In this document: piece after piece, positions 47,611 to 54,912 of the stretch
How positions within the stretch are numbered: the first letter of the stretch is position 1
How the letters are laid out: each line of letters begins with the position of its first letter
Source of the DNA: Octopus bimaculoides
Lineage: Eukaryota
Assembly (NCBI RefSeq): GCF_001194135.2
Contig: NC_068985.1
Coordinates: 100,642,592 to 100,697,503, forward strand
Reading direction: 5' to 3'
Length of the DNA stretch: 54,912 bases
The notes under the pieces: model-generated
Seen by the model: only the letters and a program-made list of their open reading frames with translations
What the model was told of the DNA's origin: nothing
The model's database searches: none
Program-made: the position numbers and the translations under genes

Positions 47611-49177
47611 ATGAATATGTAATATTCCCCTGCCATATGCTTTATGCTGTGGAAAAGAATGATTGTGCGTTCGTATTGTTAGAATTGTTCTTCAAGAGAT
47701 ATGATGATCAAATCAATACAAAACACGAAGTGCATTACACCTTAGGCTACGTTTCCAACATCGTATCTCGCAACGCAGCACAGGTCAGCATTTTCTGTAC
47801 ACTTTATGCATTCATGTATGTTCTATTCGTTGAATATCAAATTTTGTTATCATATTTACTGGTATTAATTCACACATCCCCCCCCCCCAAAAAAAAACGC
47901 ACAAAATTTGCACTTAATATGGTTTTGTATCACAATGATGTCCTCACTTGCATATTCATATGCCACATGTATACGCATCATATATCCTACATGTTCAGTC
48001 ATTGAAATGCTAGTTAGCAACCGTGGTAGCGTACGATGGCAAAAGGTACACGCACATTGTGATTGCACCCTATTCACACATGATTGCCCTGTCCTAGTGC
48101 TTCTTTGACATTAATGGCATTTCGGACTCCCTGTTCTTGATCTAATAGATGACTATTCAGTTCCGTTTCAGATCTGCATTAATTAACGCATGAGCAACAA
48201 GCGAATATTGTAACTTTCTGTGCGCTTCCAACTGGTTAGGTCTGCACATGTCTCCTATCTTCTATTACCATAGGATTTAAGTAAATAGAATTGTAAATGA
48301 GTTTACGATAAATAGATGCATGAATGCCATTGGAGTACCATTCTCTGAGTCTCCGTGATAATATCTAGTGATAGGCCAAGAAACTGCAGATTTTACATTA
48401 GTGTCTCCCTCTCTTTCACAGGTGATATGCAAATAGCTAAGTGTCTCACAATCCCAGATATTTTTGCATGCCCACGCACACATGTATTTTCCCATGGGTG
48501 GGGTCATGACAGGCGCTACAGCTCCGGCTCAGAGTAGACCCAGGTAAAATAGTGCATAGAAGGTGGTCCCATACACCTCAAAAACATTTCAAAGAGATTA
48601 ATCGACAGTCTTAGTATGTCTATTCTTCGATTTGCTCTCGGGGCGGACTCCTCAAAACTTTTCTTTTCTCAAGCCAATCACAAGTCTGTGAAAGTTTCTA
48701 TAGCTATTTATTTTCAATGAATAACTGTAGATTACTCTCACTTTAAACTATTGCGGTGTTCTACTCACAATCATATACATAGACGTACACACATATTCTA
48801 ATTATCTCCGTCAAACGTTGATAATGTTTTCATTATTTCGCAACTCGCGACAAGGTTTACTACAGTTAGGATATCAGTCGTAAGCATAGATTTAAAAACC
48901 TTGCCAAGTATTAACAAAAGACTCAGTCGATAAAAGCTTCAGACTGTATATTCATTAAATATCGAACTTACGTTGTCTTTTGAATTGCTGGGCGGGCACG
49001 TCTAGTATTTCCAGACGATACGACAACACTTTTGATAATTCATTGCGTTATATTTACAACATAAAAACAAGCCGATCTAAATGTGCATATGTATTCAAGC
49101 AATACTTTTAAGTTAAAAGCAATTAGTTCAAAGAAGAAAGACAGTAACCACAGACTTATACAGATATGTCTGTGTTA

Positions 49178-49460
49178 GCGCATACGTGGCTGGACCAACT
49201 ACATGGTTCCAGGTTCAGTTTCACTACCGTCTCGCCAATCATATGTGTGTTTATCTGTTTCTGTTTGTCACCCCATCAAAGCTTGCTATATTTACATCTC
49301 CTTAAACTAGCGGTTCGGCAGAAGTAGCCGATAGAATGAAGGCAAGGCTAAAAATAAATATACGTACTGATCGATTCGTTCGACGAAAATTCTTAAAGGC
49401 AGTGGTCCAGTATGGCTGTAGTCTGATGACTGAATCATGTAAGAGCTGAAAGACAAATGA
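49178..49460 (+). mobile_element. SINE family B, internally deleted
   Basis: CATGGTTCCAGGTTCAGTTTCACT head; TAGCGGTTCGGCAGAAGTAGCCGATAGAAT...TAAAGGCAGTGGTCCAGTATGGC...ATGACTGAA 3' part. Confidence 0.7.
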
Positions 49461-49531
49461 TATATGAAATCGACGTGGTTGCAATTCATTTAAAAGATTT
49501 CGACGTTTAAATATACAAGGGAAACATATTT

Positions 49532-49900
49532 GTGGGTATGGCTGTACGACAAAAAGCTTGCTTTGGAAACGTGTGGTTGCAGGTTCAATCTGCTGTTCGG
49601 CCTTTTCAGTATGTGCCTTCTGCTCTACCTTCGTGCCGACGTATGCCATTTGATTGAATTTTCTAGACAAACACTCTGTAGAAGCCGCTACGTATGTATA
49701 TGTGTGAGTGTGTGTACGTTTGTGTATTTCTGCACCCATATCACTTGAAAACAAGCTTGTTTACGTCCGCGTAAGTTTGTACAATTAAATAAATACCTGA
49801 CTAAATAAATTAGTACTGGATTTCATTTGTTCCACTAAAACATTTTGGGGATGTACTCCAGTATCGTTATAGACAAATGACTGAAGCAAGAGAAAATAAA
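49532..49900 (+). mobile_element. SINE family B, more diverged second copy
   Basis: TGGCTGT...AAGCTTGCT...GGTTGCAGGTTCAATC head, internal (GT)n, TTGTTTACGTCC, CTCCAGTAT..CAAATGACTGAAGCAAG end. Confidence 0.65.
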
Positions 49901-50036
49901 TGAATACCTATTTTAACGACTGGAGAGCAATAAATCAGTCGCATACAAGGGCTGAGAGCGTTGGGTGGCACAGAACTGGCAGGAAAACAGTGTAAACAAG
50001 ACATCGGCAACCTTGCAGATATGGCAATTTTATGAA

Positions 50037-51075
50037 AGATAGTTTATATCTTATGAACTGTCTATATCTTATAGATAGTTTATATAATGCAGCATATANN
50101 NNNNNNNNNNNNNNNNNNNNNNNNNNNNNNNNNNNNNNNNNNNNNNNNNNNNNNNNNNNNNNNNNNNNNNNNNNNNNNNNNNNNNNNNNNNNNNNNNNNN
50201 NNNNNNNNNNNNNNNNNNNNNNNNNNNNNNNNNNNNNNNNNNNNNNNNNNNNNNNNNNNNNNNNNNNNNNNNNNNNNNNNNNNNNNNNNNNNNNNNNNNN
50301 NNNNNNNNNNNNNNNNNNNNNNNNNNNNNNNNNNNNNNNNNNNNNNNNNNNNNNNNNNNNNNNNNNNNNNNNNNNNNNNNNNNNNNNNNNNNNNNNNNNN
50401 NNNNNNNNNNNNNNNNNNNNNNNNNNNNNNNNNNNNNNNNNNNNNNNNNNNNNNNNNNNNNNNNNNNNNNNNNNNNNNNNNNNNNNNNNNNNNNNNNNNN
50501 NNNNNNNNNNNNNNNNNNNNNNNNNNNNNNNNNNNNNNNNNNNNNNNNNNNNNNNNNNNNNNNNNNNNNNNNNNNNNNNNNNNNNNNNNNNNNNNNNNNN
50601 NNNNNNNNNNNNNNNNNNNNNNNNNNNNNNNNNNNNNNNNNNNNNNNNNNNNNNNNNNNNNNNNNNNNNNNNNNNNNNNNNNNNNNNNNNNNNNNNNNNN
50701 NNNNNNNNNNNNNNNNNNNNNNNNNNNNNNNNNNNNNNNNNNNNNNNNNNNNNNNNNNNNNNNNNNNNNNNNNNNNNNNNNNNNNNNNNNNNNNNNNNNN
50801 NNNNNNNNNNNNNNNNNNNNNNNNNNNNNNNNNNNNNNNNNNNNNNNNNNNNNNNNNNNNNNNNNNNNNNNNNNNNNNNNNNNNNNNNNNNNNNNNNNNN
50901 NNNNNNNNNNNNNNNNNNNNNNNNNNNNNNNNNNNNNNNNNNNNNNNNNNNNNNNNNNNNNNNNNNNNNNNNNNNNNNNNNNNNNNNNNNNNNNNNNNNN
51001 NNNNNNNNNTATCTATTAAAAATAAGTTATCTATTAAAAATAAGTTATCTATTAAAAATAAGTTATCTATAAAGA
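50037..51075. repeat. 18-bp minisatellite flanking gap 50099-51010
   Basis: Left units AGATAGTTTATATCTTAT (about 3); right units ATCTATTAAAAATAAGTT (x3). Confidence 0.8.
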
Positions 51076-51984
51076 ACCAAATGAATAATATAAAAAACAA
51101 GAATACATATTATTTTCAAATTGTAGAAAATCTTTAGCAAAGTAAAAAACAGTACTTATCCATATTTTTCCGTAATTCAAACTGAAAACTAAGACGTTAT
51201 CTAATAGCTATAGCGTTTTAAGCAAGAGGTCGCGCGAAGATACTACATATATATATATATATGCATATTAGAAGTATTTTCACAATATTTCATCGCATAT
51301 TCAGTGGAAACTCAGTCACTGGATGTACTTTGTTATGTAAAATAAGTAAATCGGATTTACCACGTGATAGAAGACGTAAGTAAAAGGGAACGCACACGAA
51401 GAGGGAAAGGCGTCGCCATCAGTCGTGGCAGAAGGTAATGCTTTGCTTTACTATTTTAACCAGTCTACATAAACATATTTCGAACAAAAATATATTACTA
51501 TAAGTCGGAAATACGATGATGTTTGATTCAATAAGCAAATAAAATAGTATTTGATTACATTAAGTGCATTTTAGTGGAGGAAATTTCTTGAAGAGAAAGG
51601 AAAACAATATTCGATAATTATGTATGTGGCTAAAAGAAATGAGTCCAACAAGAAATGCTTTCTTAAGACAAAATACAGTAATATATCACGAAAAAACGTT
51701 AGGGTATTTGTTTTCGTGTTTTTCTTTCCCTTTGTGAATATTACTGGTTAGCTTCAGATTTTGTTTTCTTCATAACCCTATATGTCACTTCAAGGAATAT
51801 TGTATAAAGTTTCGTAATAAAGTTAGGTATAGTTACGAAAGTTACCAATACAAATATATATTTGCAGACTCCACTGGCGCCTCCCCATCCCTCTAGTTAC
51901 ACATCCATATAATTATTTCTTTATTGTATCTGTCTATGCATCATTTTATGCATATCTGTATGCGGGCGAATATATGTATACACA

Positions 51985-52009
51985 CCCACACACGCACACA
52001 TATATATAC

Positions 52010-52064
<55 letters not shown>

Positions 52065-52110
52065 AGTTTGTGTGTGCACATGCCACTAGCTTTCTATTCA
52101 CCTCTCTCTT

Positions 52111-52150
<40 letters not shown>
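51985..52150. repeat. (CA)/(TA)n and (CT)n microsatellites
   Basis: Direct reading. Confidence 0.9.
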
Positions 52151-52152
<2 letters not shown>

Positions 52153-52514
52153 TTTACATATATATAATATGCATACACACATGCATGCGTACGTATCTGA
52201 GCAAAGAATATGTCTACAACTACTCGTGTGTATTCAGATACTTTTCTGAATTTTATTGCCTGCACAAATGTATGAGAAAAAAAATAAGAAACAAATATCT
52301 CACTTTTGTCACGCTAGACATTAGTTTGTGCAATTAAAAACCAGAAGAATATCATGGCATGTTACATAAAAAAAAAACGTAACTGCTCAAAATATTCCAT
52401 TACCAATATCCGTTTTGACAAAATATAACAATAACGCATTGTTGGTAAGTAATTGATAAATTTCTTATGTAATACTTTTCACATTCATACTACATGCAAA
52501 TTTTAACAAATGCA

Positions 52515-52960
52515 AATATATACATATATGTATATATATAAGTATATATATATATATATATATATNNNNNNNNNNNNNNNNNNNNNNNNNNNNNNNNNNN
52601 NNNNNNNNNNNNNNNNNNNNNNNNNNNNNNNNNNNNNNNNNNNNNNNNNNNNNNNNNNNNNNNNNNNNNNNNNNNNNNNNNNNNNNNNNNNNNNNNNNNN
52701 NNNNNNNNNNNNNNNNNNNNNNNNNNNNNNNNNNNNNNNNNNNNNNNNNNNNNNNNNNNNNNNNNNNNNNNNNNNNNNNNNNNNNNNNNNNNNNNNNNNN
52801 NNNNNNNNNNNNNNNNNNNNNNNNNNNNNNNNNNNNNNNNNNNNNNNNNNNNNNNNNNNNNNNNNNNNNNNNNNNNNNNNNNNNNNNNNNNNNNNNNNNN
52901 NNNNNNNNNNNNNNNNNNNNNNNNNNNNNNNNNNNNNNATATATATATATATATATATAG
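52515..52960. repeat. (TA)n spanning gap 52566-52938
   Basis: Direct reading. Confidence 0.9.
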
Positions 52961-53352
52961 CAAATAATAGACAGCAGATGGAATATGTGAGAATTTATTA
53001 TTAATCACAACAATTGTTTCGATACATCTAGCACCGATTCCTCTTTGTCGGGACATTCTACAATTGGTTCGGGAGAATTTGGTTATGCAGATGTATCTCT
53101 TCGGGTGATAAATAAATACAGTTCGTCAAAATGATTGTTCCGCAATGTAACTTTCCGTTTTGTAGAGAGAACAGCAGCCACGCGGAGGAAATATCTTCAT
53201 TTATGTAGAGGATCAAAAATAAAATCTCCGATGGTAAAAAGGGAAATGAACACGCAATACAGCAAGAAAACTATTAAAAGTGGCCGTGCTTTACCAGTAA
53301 GTTACCTGGTGTAAGCCATTAATTTTATTATCCATCATATATATATTTATGA

Positions 53353-53728
53353 GTGGATGCGCAATAACCCAGGGGTTAGGGCAGTGGACTCCTGGTCATA
53401 GGATCGCAGTTTCGATTCCCGGGCGTTGTGTTTATTGAGCGAAAACACGTAAAGCTATACGAGGTTCCGGCAGGGGCTGGTAGTGAAACCTGATGTACAC
53501 TTTCGCCACAACAGTCTTTTAATCTTTTTTCCTCTTTCTATCATATTTTTATTTCATAGGAACAGTCATGTCATACTCCGTGTCTCGCTGAATTTCTCCG
53601 AGAAGTATGTTAAGGGGACAAGTGTCTGTGGAGTCTTCAGCCACTTACAGGTTAATTTCACGAGCGAGCTGTTCTGTTGATTGGATCAAATGGAATCCTC
53701 GTCGTCGTAACCAACTGGGTGCCGTAGT
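53353..53728 (+). mobile_element. tRNA-derived SINE family C
   Basis: GGATGCGCAATAACCCAGGGGTTAGGGCAGTGGACTC...GTTTCGATTCC (A and B boxes), then GTGTTTATTGAGCGAAAACAC; 3' GTTAATTTCACGAGC..GCTGTTC.GTTGAT.GGATCAA.TGGAA.CCTCG tail. Confidence 0.75.
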
Positions 53729-53765
53729 AATATTTACGAATATGTATATACATATTTTGTATCAA

Positions 53766-53774
<9 letters not shown>

Positions 53775-53805
<31 letters not shown>

Positions 53806-54156
53806 CCCACACATACACACACACACACGCACATACACGCACACACACAAACACACATACACACATGCACGCACACACACAAAAACACATACACACATNN
53901 NNNNNNNNNNNNNNNNNNNNNNNNNNNNNNNNNNNNNNNNNNNNNNNNNNNNNNNNNNNNNNNNNNNNNNNNNNNNNNNNNNNNNNNNNNNNNNNNNNNN
54001 NNNNNNNNNNNNNNNNNNNNNNNNNNNNNNNNNNNNNNNNNNNNNNNNNNNNNNNNNNNNNNNNNNNNNNNNNNNNNNNNNNNNNNNNNNNNNNNNNNNN
54101 NNNNNNNNNNNNNNNNNNNNNNNNNNNNNNNNNNNNNNNNNNNNNNNNNNNNNNNN

Positions 54157-54207
<51 letters not shown>

Positions 54208-54262
54208 TTGTACGTACGTATGTACGTATGTATGTATGTATGTATGTATGTGTGTGTGTAAA
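53775..54262. repeat. (CA)n / (TA)n / (TATG)n spanning gap 53899-54156
   Basis: Direct reading. Confidence 0.9.
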
Positions 54263-54912
54263 TTGATAGTGAGCCTTGTGTAATGGAGAACAAATTTGTT
54301 TTACTGTTAACCAAAAGAATAATCTGCTTCAGAAATATTCTTTTCGAAGGCATAGAGTCAAGGAAAATTAAATCAAATGTATTTGTTATTGCCCATGAAC
54401 AGCAATATTACTGGGATTAAAGTCTATTTTACGTATTCTGCAGCAATTTACTTACACGCATCATTATCGTAAAAGTATGTAACCATTTAAATTTTAGAAC
54501 TTCTGTATTACCTAGAAGTGAATAAATATACCAAAAATCGTTTATTTCTTGTTTTGTTTTTATTCAAATCAGACAGTAACGGGGCTGCCATAAATTCATG
54601 AACATAAGTTTCGGAGTTATATCTAAACGTTACAAGAAAAAAATTCCAGCTGATACTACAGACACTTTCAAATCACAATATGTTATTCACAGTGATTGTA
54701 AAATTATGAGTGTGTCATGTAACAAATTTAAAAGTCTACAATGTTAAAGTTACTAGTATTATGAAGCTAAATATGTGAAAGGAGAACGAGAGATAAACTT
54801 TAGCAAAGAGAGATTTAAAAGATTGAATGAAAGAAAGAAAGCCATACACAATACAATTTCTTAATGGCCGGAATAATCAACTATACATGCATACGTACAC
54901 ACATGCATATAT

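Noticed and set aside
49302-49754. 150-aa minus-strand ORF
   Set aside because: Lies antisense across two SINE B copies; no coding evidence.
51010-51075. CRISPR-like regular repeats
   Set aside because: Units are contiguous with no unique spacers, in eukaryotic context: a minisatellite.
2692-54353. Long ORFs containing X runs (e.g. 2692-3269, 5566-6047, 15564-16126, 29690-30259, 50032-51100, 52490-53056, 53607-54353)
   Set aside because: They are open only because N codons cannot be stops.

Overview
AT-rich, repeat-dense metazoan DNA with 11 N-gaps, nearly all flanked by (AT)n/(CA)n/(CT)n microsatellites. The SINE families, microsatellite load and transposon relics are consistent with an octopus (coleoid cephalopod) draft assembly; this is inferred from recalled repeat consensus sequences, not from a search. 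No host protein-coding gene can be confidently identified, and there are no rRNA, tRNA or CRISPR loci. The window looks like a large intron or intergenic transposon graveyard. It holds about 12 copies of one tRNA-derived SINE (family A) and copies of two others (B, C). It also holds a 1.5-kb internally deleted Ty3/Gypsy element with short divergent LTRs, a second Gypsy gag remnant, two head-to-head mariner 3' halves, and a 5' Tc1-like fragment. Helitron remnants (one with a recognisable 3' terminus), RTE and R4/Dong-like LINE remnants, a 267-bp palindromic MITE-like element and several perfect hairpins are also present. Most supplied ORFs are artefacts of N-runs and microsatellites; a few weak exon candidates are flagged. 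I did not find a convincing novel biological system. The best leads are the palindrome carrying mirrored transcription-factor motifs (24.1-24.4 kb), the chimeric-looking mini-Gypsy, the inverted mariner pair and the inverted minisatellite across the 50-51 kb gap. All protein-family assignments are by-eye motif recognition and need BLAST/HMM confirmation.
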